From: Opitutales bacterium
GTDB taxonomy: Bacteria > Verrucomicrobiota > Verrucomicrobiia > Opitutales > UBA2987
Direction: 5' to 3'
Assembly: GCA_965226885.1 (NCBI GenBank)
Contig: CBDDEL010000015.1
Span: forward strand, 640,001 to 704,000
DNA: 64,000 nucleotides
The notes beneath the pieces are model-generated. The model was not told the DNA's origin. It searched no databases and worked only from the letters and a program-made list of their open reading frames with translations. The position numbers and the translations under genes were made by a program. Positions within the stretch are counted from its first letter, which is position 1. Each line of letters starts with the position of its first letter. Positions 1 through 10,342 of the stretch are shown piece after piece.

Positions 1-933
1 TCCGATGCGCCAGTATTTACAGGCAACTTTCCAGAAGGCCGGGTAGGCCAGGGTGTCTAGGAGTTCCGGCAGGTTCAGATCGGTTTTAAAATAACCTTCC
101 CGTCCGAATGCGAGAACGGCGTTGGGACCACACTCGAAGGAACCGTCGATCATGCGGGTGAAATGGACCCCGAGAAAGGGGAAAGCGGGATCGGGGACGG
201 GATAGATGAGGTTTTTGCAAAGGTGGTGGGCCTCGGGTTTAATCTCGAAATACTCCCCGCGGAAAGGCACGATGCGCATTTCCCTTTTCTGGCTCATGGC
301 GGTCACTTTGTCCGAATAAAGACCGGCGCAGTTGATGAGGTAATCGGCCTCGAATTCTCCTGCCGTGGTTTCCACGACCACACCTGTGGGCTGTCTGCGG
401 TTGACCAGACCGGTAACTTTCGCGCCTGTTCTGACCTCTCCGCCCCATCCGGAAATGATTTCGGCCAACCGGCGGCAAACCTGCCGGTAGTTTACAATTC
501 CGGCCTCCGGCACATGGATGGCCTTCAATCCGTGGCAATGCGGCTCAAGCTCCCGCAGTCTTTCCGGGCCGATCATCTGGCATTTAACGCCATTAGCCTG
601 TCCCCTTTCAAGGATCGCTTCCAGGCGCGGAACTTCGAAATATTCCGTCGCCACGATCACTTTGCCGCAGATATCGAAATCGATGCCTTCCTCCGCGCAA
701 AAAAGCTCCATCTTTTTTCTGCCTTCGCGGCAATTGCGGGCTTTTAAAGATCCTGGTTTATAATAGATGCCCGAATGCAGGACGCCGGAATTGCGGCCTG
801 TTTGATGCAGGGCCAGCTTATCCTCTTTTTCCAGCAGAAGAACCTTCAAATCCGGCTGTTCCCGGAGGAGGTTCCAGGCGCTTGATAGACCGATGATGCC
901 CCCTCCCACGATAATGACGTTGCAGTTTTCCAT
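1..933 (-). CDS. lhgO: L-2-hydroxyglutarate oxidase (FAD-dependent), runs off the window start
   Basis: Not in the ORF track. Manual translation from ATG 933: MENCNVIIVGGGIIGLSSAW...LLEKEDKLALHQTGRNSGVLHSGIYYKPGSLKA, i.e. a GxGxxG FAD motif plus the LhgO HQTGxNSGVxHSGIYY signature. Confidence 0.88.
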   Translation of the reverse strand, partial: MENCNVIIVGGGIIGLSSAWNLLREQPDLKVLLLEKEDKLALHQTGRNSGVLHSGIYYKPGSLKARNCREGRKKMELFCAEEGIDFDICGKVIVATEYFEVPRLEAILERGQANGVKCQMIGPERLRELEPHCHGLKAIHVPEAGIVNYRQVCRRLAEIISGWGGEVRTGAKVTGLVNRRQPTGVVVETTAGEFEADYLINCAGLYSDKVTAMSQKREMRIVPFRGEYFEIKPEAHHLCKNLIYPVPDPAFPFLGVHFTRMIDGSFECGPNAVLAFGREGYFKTDLNLPELLDTLAYPAFWKVACKYWRIG

Positions 934-1020
934 GCGCCGGAAACGATGTCTGTATTGACGGCCAGCATCAAGCTCCAATACATTGCATCCATCGTTTGTG
1001 AATCCTCAACGCTCCTGCCC

Positions 1021-2124
1021 GTGCGAAAAAATCTCCTTCCCCTTCTGGCCCTGGCGGCTCTTTTCAACTTGTTGGCGGGTTGCCAACCGGCACAGCAAAA
1101 AAACGATTCCGCCAACGCCAATCCATCCGATCAGCCTATATTGATCAAACTGACCTCCTTGTTCAACCAGAGCGCGCCGATTCACGGACCTACCATAAAG
1201 CACCTGTCCAACCTGGTGGAAACGGCCAGTGGAGGAAGCATCCGTTTTAAAATTTACGATCCGGGCAAGCTGGTGGCTTCAATGGAAGTGCTCGACGCCG
1301 TAGCGGCGGGCAAAGTGGACGCGGGCTTTTCTTCGGCCGGCTTCTGGATGGGTAAAATCCCGGCCTCTCCTTTTTTCACGGCGGTTCCCTTTGGCCCCGA
1401 TTCGAGCGAGTTTCTTTCCTGGCTCTTAGCCGGAAACGGAGAAACGCTTTTTCAGGAGATGTACGACCGTTATGGATTCGAGGTAAAGGCCATGATCTGC
1501 GGTATGACTCCGCCGGAAACTTCCGGCTGGTTTGCCCAGGAAATTGAATCCCCAGAGGATCTTGATGGGCTAAAAATGCGTTTTTACGGTTTGGGGGGCA
1601 GCGTTATGGCCAAACTCGGAGTGTCCGTCACTCTTCTCCCACCGGGGGAGATTTTCCCTGCGCTTGAAAAGGGGGTTATCGACGCCACCGAATACGCCAT
1701 GCCGAGCATGGATGAGGATTTAGGCCTCTACAAGATCGTCAGTTTCAACTACTTCCCCGGCTGGCACCAGCAATCATCCGCCTTTGAATTACTCATCAAT
1801 AAAGAAACCTGGGGAGAACTTTCCTCTACCCAACAAACCATTATCGAAATGGCCTGCCGGGACACCATCGTTTTTTCCATTGCACTCGGAGAGGCTACCC
1901 AGTCGGACGTCATGCTGCGCAACGAACGGGAGCGGGGGGTGAAAAACGTCACCTGGTCGCCGGAGATGCTCCGTTTACTGAAACAAACCTGGGAGGAAGT
2001 GGCCGCAGAGCAGTCCGCAGCCGATCCATTCTTCAAAAGGGTATATGATGACTATTCCGAATTTCGCAAAAACTACGCCGTTTGGGGAAGCAAGGCCTAT
2101 TTGCCCAGATCCGCCGTGAATTGA
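1021..2124 (+). CDS. dctP: TRAP transporter substrate-binding lipoprotein (DctP/TakP-like), copy 1
   Basis: Lipobox LLAGC; motifs EVLDAVAAGKVD, KMRFYG, GEIFPALEKGVIDATE, YFPGWHQ; GTG start at 1021 inferred. Confidence 0.9.
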   Translation: MRKNLLPLLALAALFNLLAGCQPAQQKNDSANANPSDQPILIKLTSLFNQSAPIHGPTIKHLSNLVETASGGSIRFKIYDPGKLVASMEVLDAVAAGKVDAGFSSAGFWMGKIPASPFFTAVPFGPDSSEFLSWLLAGNGETLFQEMYDRYGFEVKAMICGMTPPETSGWFAQEIESPEDLDGLKMRFYGLGGSVMAKLGVSVTLLPPGEIFPALEKGVIDATEYAMPSMDEDLGLYKIVSFNYFPGWHQQSSAFELLINKETWGELSSTQQTIIEMACRDTIVFSIALGEATQSDVMLRNERERGVKNVTWSPEMLRLLKQTWEEVAAEQSAADPFFKRVYDDYSEFRKNYAVWGSKAYLPRSAVN

Positions 2125-2132
2125 GATCAGGG

Positions 2133-3248
2133 ATGAAGAATACTGCCGTTTTAATCCTCACTCTGGCGGCTATTGCGATGATTGCCTCACTCGTCGGCTG
2201 CCAGGACCAAGGCAGGGTGAACGGCAATAATGAGGCGTTCAGTAAAGAAGAGCGGTCCTGGCAACTAAAGCTGGCTTCTTCTTTCAACTCTCATTCGCTT
2301 ATCCATGGCGAAAGCATCCGGCATCTGGTAGATCGGCTCGAAACGGCCAGCAATGGCACGATTAAAATAAAGGTTTACGATCCGGGCAAACTGGTGGCCG
2401 CGTTCAAGGTGCTCGATGCCGTTTCCGCCGGAAAAGTAGAAGCTGGATTTTCAACACCCGGCTACTGGATGGGGAAAATTCCTGCTGCACCGCTGTTTTC
2501 AGCCACTCCCTTCGGCCCGGATGCGAGCGAATACCTGTCCTGGTTTTTGGCCGGCAATGGCATGAAACTTTATCAGGAAATGTATGACCGTTATGGGTTC
2601 AATGTGAAGGTTATTCTCTGCGCCATAATTCCACCCGACACCTCCGGTTGGTTCGCCCAGGAAATACTATCTGTGGATGACCTCAAAGGGCTGAAAATCC
2701 GTTATTTCGGACTGGGTGGCAATGTTCTGAAAAAATTAGGCGCAACCGTCAACTTGCTGCCGGGCGGGGAGATTTTTCCGGCCCTGGAAAAAGGGGTGAT
2801 CGACGCCACCGAATTCGCCCTGCCCAGCATTGACGAAGACATGGGGTTCTACAAGATTGTCAAATACAACTACTATCCCGGATGGCACCAACAGGCCTCG
2901 GCCCATGAATTGCTCATTAACAAAGATGTTTGGAACCAAATCTCACCCCAACAAAAGAGCCTGATCGAATTGGCTTGCCGAGATACTTTGATTTACTCTC
3001 TGACCCGTGCAGAAGCCTCTCAATCGGAGGTTATGCTGCGCAACGAACGGGAACGGGGGGTGAAAAACGTCAATTGGTCGACTGAGATGCTAAAAATATT
3101 GAAAAAGACCTGGGAGGAAGTGGCCGCTGAACAGTCCGCCGCCGACCCATTTTTTAAAAAGGTTTATGATGACTATTCCGAATTTCGTAAAAACTATGCC
3201 GTTTGGGGGAGCAAGGCATACTTGCCCCGGCCATCGGCGCCGCTTTAA
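2133..3248 (+). CDS. dctP: TRAP substrate-binding lipoprotein, copy 2
   Basis: Paralog of copy 1; lipobox LVGC; KIRYFG, EIFPALEKGVIDATE, YYPGWHQ. Confidence 0.9.
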   Translation: MKNTAVLILTLAAIAMIASLVGCQDQGRVNGNNEAFSKEERSWQLKLASSFNSHSLIHGESIRHLVDRLETASNGTIKIKVYDPGKLVAAFKVLDAVSAGKVEAGFSTPGYWMGKIPAAPLFSATPFGPDASEYLSWFLAGNGMKLYQEMYDRYGFNVKVILCAIIPPDTSGWFAQEILSVDDLKGLKIRYFGLGGNVLKKLGATVNLLPGGEIFPALEKGVIDATEFALPSIDEDMGFYKIVKYNYYPGWHQQASAHELLINKDVWNQISPQQKSLIELACRDTLIYSLTRAEASQSEVMLRNERERGVKNVNWSTEMLKILKKTWEEVAAEQSAADPFFKKVYDDYSEFRKNYAVWGSKAYLPRPSAPL

Positions 3249-3264
3249 TAATTTCCTTAATATT

Positions 3265-4377
3265 ATGAAAAAAAGAATTTTTCTTTATCATGCCGTATCA
3301 GTCGGTCTTATGTTGCTATGTTTTGGCGGCTGCAAAAGACCAAGCGCAAAGACAGAAACTTCAGTTTCAACAGAACGGCCCGTGCAATTGAAGCTGGCCT
3401 CCTCTTTTCAGTCCAGCGCGGTTCTGCACGGGGAGACCATAATGCACTTGGTCAAACGAGTAGAAGAGGCAAGCGGCGGGGATATCATAATCAAAATTTA
3501 CGATCCCGGAAAACTAGTGGCGGCTCTCGAAGTGCTCGATGCCGTCTCGGCCGGGAAAGTAGATGCCGGTTACTCCACACCGGGTTACTGGATGGGGAAA
3601 ATACCCGCAGCCCCGCTATTCTCGGCGGTGCCCTTTGGTCCGGACGGGAGCGAATACATGGCTTGGTTTTTCGCGGGCAACGGGATGAAACTCTACCAGG
3701 AGATGTACGACCGTTACGGGTTCAATGTAAAGGTGTTTGTTTGCGCTGTTTTTCCGCCGGAAACATCAGGATGGTTCGCCCACGAAATTCGCACGAGGGA
3801 CGACTTGAAGGGTCTGAAAATGCGGTTTTTCGGGCTCGGCGGAAACATCATGCAAAAACTCGGGGTAGCTGTGAACCTCTTGCCCGGCGGTGAAATATTC
3901 CCCGCTCTGGAAAAGGGAGTTATCGACGCCACAGAGTTTGCCCTGCCCAGCATCGATGAGGACATGGGGTTCTACAAGATTGTAAAATACAACTATTTCC
4001 CCGGTTGGCACCAGCAATCAACCGCCTTCGAGTTTATCCTTAACAAAGATGTATGGGAAAGCCTTTCACCCAGACGCCAGGCGATCATCGAATTGGCCAC
4101 CCGCGACACCATCGTTTTTTCCATCGCCAAAGCGGAAGCCACCCAAACGGAGGTGATGCGCCGGAATGAAACCAAAAGAGGAGTTAAGAACACTCTCTGG
4201 CCGCCCGAAATGCTCGAAATTTTCAAGCAAAAATGGATTGAGGTGGTCGAAGAGGAGTCCGCCGCCGATCCCTTTTTCAAAAAGGTTTACGACGATTACA
4301 GCCAGTTCCGCAAAAACTACGCCATCTGGGGCGGTAAAGCCTACCTACCGCGGGCCGTGCCCGAGCCCCAACAGTAA
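3265..4377 (+). CDS. dctP: TRAP substrate-binding lipoprotein, copy 3
   Basis: Paralog; lipobox-like FGGC; same conserved motifs. Confidence 0.9.
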   Translation: MKKRIFLYHAVSVGLMLLCFGGCKRPSAKTETSVSTERPVQLKLASSFQSSAVLHGETIMHLVKRVEEASGGDIIIKIYDPGKLVAALEVLDAVSAGKVDAGYSTPGYWMGKIPAAPLFSAVPFGPDGSEYMAWFFAGNGMKLYQEMYDRYGFNVKVFVCAVFPPETSGWFAHEIRTRDDLKGLKMRFFGLGGNIMQKLGVAVNLLPGGEIFPALEKGVIDATEFALPSIDEDMGFYKIVKYNYFPGWHQQSTAFEFILNKDVWESLSPRRQAIIELATRDTIVFSIAKAEATQTEVMRRNETKRGVKNTLWPPEMLEIFKQKWIEVVEEESAADPFFKKVYDDYSQFRKNYAIWGGKAYLPRAVPEPQQ

Positions 4378-4485
4378 GAAGTATAGGCCAATGATTGAAA
4401 TTCATTTTGGGCGCCATGTCAGTCAGCCAAGTTTGACTTGCTCTGTTTCATAAATCCGGCAAGCATTGATGAACAAAAGCTGCTT

Positions 4486-5595
4486 ATGAAATTGCGAAGT
4501 ATTGTTCGGACCTGTTTTAATTTATTACCCTTGTTGGCCATTTTTTCCGGATGCGGAGGGGGTTCATCCTCTCAGGAGGGAACAGAGGTGGTGGAGTCCA
4601 AACCGGTCAATCTCAAGCTGGTATCTCTCTACAACACCAGCGCCCCTATTTTGGGCGATAATATCATAAGGCTGACCGAGCGGGTGGCCGAGGCCAGCGG
4701 AGGGACGGTTAAAATCAAGGTTTTCGATCCCGGCAAGCTGGTCGCCTCGATGGAGGTGCTGGACGCCGTTTCCAGCGGCAAGGTCGATGCCGGTTATGCC
4801 ACGGCGGGTTTCTGGATGGGCAAGATTCCGGCTGCGCCTTTATTCTCAGCGGTGCCTTTCGGACCGGACTCCAGCGAGTATCTATCGTGGTTTTTCGAGG
4901 GCAATGGGAGCAAACTTTACCAAGAGATGTACGACACTTACGGGTTCAATGTCAAAGTGCTCGTCTGCGCCATGATTCCACCGGAAACCTCCGGCTGGTT
5001 TGCCAAGGAAATCAATACCGCGGTGGATCTGAAAGGCATGAAGATGCGATTTTTCGGCTTGGGGGGCGTGGTCATGAAAAAGCTCGGAGTGTCCGTCAAT
5101 GTGCTGCCGCCGGGAGAGATTTTTCCCGCCTTGGAGAAGGGAGTCATCGACGCCACCGAATACGCCATGCCAAGCATCGACGAGGACAAGGGTTTTTACA
5201 AAATCGCCAAGTACAACTATTTTCCCGGCTGGCACCAGCAGGCCTCGGCCTTCGAATTAATCATCAACAAAGATACCTGGAACCAGCTTTCGCTCAGCCA
5301 GCAGACCATCATCGAGATGGCCAGCCGCGAGACCATCGTACTCTCCATCGCCAACGCGGAGGCTACCCAGGCGGAGGTTATGATCCGCAATCAGGAGGAG
5401 CGGGGGGTCACCAATATGAGCTGGTCTCCTGAAATGCTCGACTTGTTTAAGGAGAAATGGGAGGAAGTGGCTATCGAGCAATCCGCCGCCGATCCTTTTT
5501 TCAAAAAAGTGTATGACGATTTTTCGCAGTTCCGGAAAAACTACGCCATTTGGGGCAGCAAGGCCTATCTGCCCCGTGCGGGGAGTGAAGAGTAA
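4486..5595 (+). CDS. dctP: TRAP substrate-binding lipoprotein, copy 4
   Basis: Paralog; lipobox FSGC; same conserved motifs. Confidence 0.9.
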   Translation: MKLRSIVRTCFNLLPLLAIFSGCGGGSSSQEGTEVVESKPVNLKLVSLYNTSAPILGDNIIRLTERVAEASGGTVKIKVFDPGKLVASMEVLDAVSSGKVDAGYATAGFWMGKIPAAPLFSAVPFGPDSSEYLSWFFEGNGSKLYQEMYDTYGFNVKVLVCAMIPPETSGWFAKEINTAVDLKGMKMRFFGLGGVVMKKLGVSVNVLPPGEIFPALEKGVIDATEYAMPSIDEDKGFYKIAKYNYFPGWHQQASAFELIINKDTWNQLSLSQQTIIEMASRETIVLSIANAEATQAEVMIRNQEERGVTNMSWSPEMLDLFKEKWEEVAIEQSAADPFFKKVYDDFSQFRKNYAIWGSKAYLPRAGSEE

Positions 5596-5619
5596 ACCTT
5601 TATTGCCCTTCGTCGCCCC

Positions 5620-6150
5620 ATGCTGAAAAAACTGGATACCCTGGCGGAGCGGATCGAGGCATTCGTTTACCATACCGGACGGGTGTTTTCCTGGGCCGCT
5701 TTGTTCTTGATGATCACCATCTTCGTGCAGGTGGTTCTGCGCTATGTTTTCTCCTCCGACATGGTGTGGCTGGGTGAACTGCAATGGCATTTCTACGCCG
5801 TCATGGTGATGATCAGCCTGGCCTACGCGCAAATCGAGAATGCCCATGTCCGCGTGGATTTGTTTCACCGTCTGTTTTCCCCCAGGGCAAAAAAAATCAT
5901 CGAAGTGATCGGGATTGTCGTTTTTTTCATTCCATTGTTCATCGTGGTTTTTTGGTACGGCTGTGAGTTTATGGCGGCCTCGTTTCGGATCGGTGAAAAA
6001 TCCCCTTCTCCCGGGGGACTTCCCTTGAGGTGGGCGATCAAAGCTTTTATCCCCATCGGGGCGGCATTTCTGCTACTAAGTTCCGTGGCTCGAACCATCC
6101 GGTTGTTAACCGGCAGCGTCAAGGTGGAGAAGGACGCCATCGTCGATTGA
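5620..6150 (+). CDS. dctQ: TRAP transporter small permease
   Basis: About 4 TM segments, ELQWH and HVRVD motifs, lies between the SBPs and dctM. Confidence 0.9.
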   Translation: MLKKLDTLAERIEAFVYHTGRVFSWAALFLMITIFVQVVLRYVFSSDMVWLGELQWHFYAVMVMISLAYAQIENAHVRVDLFHRLFSPRAKKIIEVIGIVVFFIPLFIVVFWYGCEFMAASFRIGEKSPSPGGLPLRWAIKAFIPIGAAFLLLSSVARTIRLLTGSVKVEKDAIVD

Positions 6151-6179
6151 TCAACCCGGCGCGACGTTTATAAAAGCCC

Positions 6180-7565
6180 ATGGAAACAACCACCCTCCTA
6201 ATAATCGCCCTTTTCGTTTCCTTTGTCGGGCTGCTCATGATCGGCGTGCCGGTGGCTTATGCCCTGGGCGGACTGTCGGTCATATTTGTGGGCATCGCCA
6301 TGCTTTGCGACGCCTATGTGGGGACTTTCATTGGGTTGGACTGGCAAACTTTTTCCTTGGTTATCAACCGCATCTTCGCCCTCATGGAAAACTGGGTGCT
6401 GGTGGCTTTGCCCATGTTTATTTTTATGGGCCACATGCTGGACCGCTCCGGAGTGGCGGAAAAATTGATGCATGCCATGCAAAACCTGCTGGGCGGCATC
6501 CATGGCGGCCTGGCCGTCAGTGTAACCGTGATCGGGGTCATGCTGGCGGCGGCAACCGGGATAATCGGGGCTTCCATCGTCCTGCTGGGCATCCTTTCGC
6601 TGCCGGTAATGCTCTCTCAGGGCTATAAAAAAGAGTTGGCCGTGGGGACGGTGTGCGGAGCGGGCACCTTGGGGATACTTATTCCGCCCAGCATCATGCT
6701 CATCATCATGGCCGACCAACTACAGTTGCCGGTGGGCAATCTTTTTATGGGCGCGGTCTTTCCGGGGCTGTTGTTAGCCTCTTTTTATGTAATTTACATT
6801 TTGGTTTATACCAAGATCAATCCATCAGCGGCGCCCCTACCCAAGGACCGGCCCAAACTTACCGCCAAGGTTCTCTCGGAACTGGCCCTGGCTATCGTTC
6901 CAGCCATGTTTCTGATCCTCCTGGTCCTGGGATCGATTTTTTTCGGCATTGCCACGCCCACCGAGTCGAGCGGCATGGGCGCTTTGGGGGCAACCATCCT
7001 GGCGGCTACAAACCGCAAATTGCACCTCAGCGTGCTTAAGGAGGCCATGGCCGAAACCCTCAAAACAACTGGTTTTCTTTTTGCCATCCTTATCGGAGCG
7101 ACTTGTTTTTCCCTCGTGCTTCGATTTCTGGGAGGCGATGAATTGATCGAGGGGATGCTCTTGGGCCTTGATGTCACTCCAAGTAATCTCGTCCTCATCA
7201 TCCTGTTTGTTATTTTCTGTCTCGGCTTCTTTCTCGACTGGATTGAGATCACCCTCATCATCCTTCCCCTGGTGGCTCCGGTGCTGGCCGGGCTGGACTT
7301 AGGGGAAGTATCGGATTCACCATTGGAAAAGGCAGGCCTGGTCTGGTTCTCAATCCTCTATGCGGTCACCCTGCAAACCTCTTTTCTGACGCCACCGGTC
7401 GGTTTCGCCCTGTTTTTCGTAAAGGGGGTCTGCCCGCCGGAAATACAGATCAGCCACATCTACCGTGGGGTAATTCCTTTCGTTATTCTACAATTGTTGG
7501 CCCTTCTATTTGTCTTTCTGTTTCCGCAATTGGTTACCTGGCTACCCCTGGTGGCCTATAAATAA
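6180..7565 (+). CDS. dctM: TRAP transporter large permease
   Basis: 461 aa hydrophobic; ALPMFIFMG, GTLGILIPPS, FLTPPVG motifs. Confidence 0.93.
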   Translation: METTTLLIIALFVSFVGLLMIGVPVAYALGGLSVIFVGIAMLCDAYVGTFIGLDWQTFSLVINRIFALMENWVLVALPMFIFMGHMLDRSGVAEKLMHAMQNLLGGIHGGLAVSVTVIGVMLAAATGIIGASIVLLGILSLPVMLSQGYKKELAVGTVCGAGTLGILIPPSIMLIIMADQLQLPVGNLFMGAVFPGLLLASFYVIYILVYTKINPSAAPLPKDRPKLTAKVLSELALAIVPAMFLILLVLGSIFFGIATPTESSGMGALGATILAATNRKLHLSVLKEAMAETLKTTGFLFAILIGATCFSLVLRFLGGDELIEGMLLGLDVTPSNLVLIILFVIFCLGFFLDWIEITLIILPLVAPVLAGLDLGEVSDSPLEKAGLVWFSILYAVTLQTSFLTPPVGFALFFVKGVCPPEIQISHIYRGVIPFVILQLLALLFVFLFPQLVTWLPLVAYK

Positions 7566-7605
7566 ATGAGAGGGGAACTGGAAACAGTCTCCTGCATCCT
7601 TTTTC

Positions 7606-8499
7606 ATGCTTAAAACCCGAAGAAATGATACGGTTTGGCTGGTCACGCAGCCGGACCATGCCGAAGTCTCTGGATATCTAGCCGCCCATTGGGGTAACGA
7701 CGATTTTGCCCAGCCTGGATATTATGCGAAATCAGGCGATCCCGAGCGGTTGCGGGCGGAGACCGTTTTTGGCATTGCCGAGCACGACAATGGCTGGTGG
7801 GAATGGGAAGCGGATCCGGTTCTTTCAGAGGCCGACGGCCTGCCGCTGGGCCTTTCCGAGTTGTTGCAGGATACGCTGGCGGGCATGGATCGGTGGCGGC
7901 TGTGTATTCCTCGTTTCAGCCAAAATCACCCCTATGCCAGCCTGCTTATCAGCTTCCATGCCTATTGGCTCTATGCCCGAAATGTCCATGCAGAGTCTGA
8001 AGCGGCCTTTTCCCATTCGCTGTTTACCCGGGACCCACAGGCGCTTTTATCCGGAAGCCAATTCGACCATGCGAGTAATTTTATTAACGAGATCGAAGCG
8101 ATGCAGGAGGAGCTAGTCGCCCGCCTACGGAGTGATCCGGTGTCTGCCGCATGGGTCGAACCGGAACACCTGAATCCGCATGTTCGGCTGCTCCAGGTAT
8201 TAGACGGTCTCTCCTTGTCGCTTTCTACGGCATTGGTCAAGCCTTTGGCCGGTGAATCCAGGGGGCTGGGGGAGGACGCCTTCGACCTTTGCGATGTTCC
8301 CCGGCGCAATTGGGATGACCGTGTGAGGATGGAACTACGGCCATCCGGCGAAGGTCGTATCACCTGTCAGCCCTATCCCTTTGATGACGATCCGTTGCCG
8401 GTCTTTATGCCGGCGCGCATACTCGATTTGTCCCGCCAGCCAGTACACTGGCGCAAAGAACCGAGGCGATGGCTCCGCTTTGAATATTGTTCGGCTTAG
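7606..8499 (+). CDS. DUF3891-like hypothetical protein
   Basis: N-terminal LVTQPDHA..SG.LA.HWGN and AEHDNGWWEWE motifs. Confidence 0.7.
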   Translation: MLKTRRNDTVWLVTQPDHAEVSGYLAAHWGNDDFAQPGYYAKSGDPERLRAETVFGIAEHDNGWWEWEADPVLSEADGLPLGLSELLQDTLAGMDRWRLCIPRFSQNHPYASLLISFHAYWLYARNVHAESEAAFSHSLFTRDPQALLSGSQFDHASNFINEIEAMQEELVARLRSDPVSAAWVEPEHLNPHVRLLQVLDGLSLSLSTALVKPLAGESRGLGEDAFDLCDVPRRNWDDRVRMELRPSGEGRITCQPYPFDDDPLPVFMPARILDLSRQPVHWRKEPRRWLRFEYCSA

Positions 8500-8621
8500 A
8501 CCGACCCGTTTGCCGGTGAGAAAAAAAAATGCTTGAAAAGCGCAATAAACAAGCTATCTGGAATATTTGATTTTTGGGGGAACCTTATAGAGATGGAAAT
8601 TTCCAATAGTTCAAAGCAGTT

Positions 8622-9542
8622 ATGATAGAAGCAGAAAACCTGGTTAAAGAATTCGGCTCCATTCGGGCTGTGGATCGTATTTCTTTCGAACTGAAAAAAG
8701 GCGATATTTTGGGATTTTTGGGGCCCAACGGGGCTGGCAAATCCACCTCCATGAAAATGATCACGGGATTCCTGCAGCCCACCTCCGGAACTGCCCGCAT
8801 CGGCGGGCACGACATACAAAAGGAACCCATCAAGGCGAAAAAACTCTTCGGCTATCTCCCTGAAAACGGGCCTCTTTACCAGGAGATGACTCCTCTCGAA
8901 TTCCTCGGATTTATTGCCGATATGCGCGGCATGAATAATCGGGTGGATCGAGAGAAAAATATGCAAAGGGTAATGGAAATCTGCCACCTGGAGGGCGTTC
9001 GGCACCAGCCCATCGAGACGCTCAGCAAGGGATTCCGGCAGCGCGTGGGCATGGCCCATGCCATCCTCCATGACCCCGAGTGTCTCATCATGGACGAGCC
9101 GACAGACGGTCTCGACCCCAACCAGAAGCAGGAGGTGCGCCGCCTCATCGCCTCCATGGCAAGCGACAAGGCCATCCTGCTTTCCACCCACATTCTCGAT
9201 GAGGTTGAATCGATGTGCAACCGCATCATCATCATCGCGGAAGGCTCCATTATTGCCGATGAGACGCCGGAAGACCTGCGACGCCGCCATCCTCGATACA
9301 ATGCGGTGGAATTGGACCTTGATGAAGGAAACCCGGAGCCAATCCGTGAAGCTCTCCAACGGTTGGAACCGATTGGGGAAGTTATTGAGGAAAATGGCAA
9401 AATCATCGCCATCCCGAAAAACAGGGCATCTATCGACGGCCTCGTTTTTGCAACCGCCAGCCGGGAAAACTGGCCTGTCGCGGGGATGGGCCATTACCCC
9501 ATTCGGCTAGAAGAGGTTTTCTGGGAACTGACGCAGCTTTAA
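8622..9542 (+). CDS. ABC transporter ATP-binding protein (GldA-like)
   Basis: Walker A GPNGAGKST, LSKGFRQRVG signature, Walker B IMDEPT. Confidence 0.92.
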   Translation: MIEAENLVKEFGSIRAVDRISFELKKGDILGFLGPNGAGKSTSMKMITGFLQPTSGTARIGGHDIQKEPIKAKKLFGYLPENGPLYQEMTPLEFLGFIADMRGMNNRVDREKNMQRVMEICHLEGVRHQPIETLSKGFRQRVGMAHAILHDPECLIMDEPTDGLDPNQKQEVRRLIASMASDKAILLSTHILDEVESMCNRIIIIAEGSIIADETPEDLRRRHPRYNAVELDLDEGNPEPIREALQRLEPIGEVIEENGKIIAIPKNRASIDGLVFATASRENWPVAGMGHYPIRLEEVFWELTQL

Positions 9543-9581
9543 ACACGGCCCTTAACTATAATCTATAAACAAGAATAATTT

Positions 9582-10307
9582 ATGCAGCCGATAATAACTG
9601 TTTTCAAACGCGAATTCATGGGGTATTTCCGCTCCCCCGTGGCTTATGTTTTCCTCATTGTTTTCATGGTTTCGACCATCGGTTTGACCTGGTTTATCGG
9701 TGGGTTTTTCGATACTGACGATGCCAGCCTGGCCCGTTTTTACACCTTTCTGCCCTGGGTCTATCTGTTCCTCATCCCGGCCGTGGGGATGCGCCTATGG
9801 GCGGAGGAAAAAAGATCGGGCACCTGGGAACTTCTTTTTACCCTGCCTCTTTCCGTAGGGCAGGCGGTTTTCGGAAAATTCCTGGCCGGCTGGGCCTTTA
9901 TTTCGGTCGGCATATTGCTTACTTTTACAATGCCTCTGACGGTGGCCTACCTCGGCGATCCTGACTGGGGCCCCATCTTCAGCGGCTATCTGGGGGGAAT
10001 TTTGATGGCAGGAGCTTTTTTGAGCATCTGCTCGCTTACCTCCTCTTTTACCCAGAACCAGGTCATCAGCTTTGTATTGAGCGTGGTTGTGTGTCTGGTA
10101 CTGGTCCTGCTTGGCTGGAGCGTTTTCAGCGATCTCATGCTGGCCGCCAATTTCCCGGTCTGGCTGGTCGACGGGCTTTCCAATTTCAGCTTCATCACTC
10201 ATTTCACGCCCATGGTGAGAGGCTTGATTACTTTGCGCGACGTTCTCTTTTTCGTCTCCCTGGGAGCGTTTTGCCTCTTTTTCAATGTGCTAACTCTGGA
10301 GCGCTAA
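9582..10307 (+). CDS. ABC-2 permease (GldF-like)
   Basis: 6 TM segments; MRLWAEEKRSGT.ELL.TLP motif. Confidence 0.88.
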   Translation: MQPIITVFKREFMGYFRSPVAYVFLIVFMVSTIGLTWFIGGFFDTDDASLARFYTFLPWVYLFLIPAVGMRLWAEEKRSGTWELLFTLPLSVGQAVFGKFLAGWAFISVGILLTFTMPLTVAYLGDPDWGPIFSGYLGGILMAGAFLSICSLTSSFTQNQVISFVLSVVVCLVLVLLGWSVFSDLMLAANFPVWLVDGLSNFSFITHFTPMVRGLITLRDVLFFVSLGAFCLFFNVLTLER

Positions 10308-10342
10308 ACGGATATTTTTTTGTTTTTTAATCGAATCATATA

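Noticed and set aside
163..747. 194-aa + strand ORF
   Set aside because: Antisense shadow of lhgO, which has clear motifs on the minus strand
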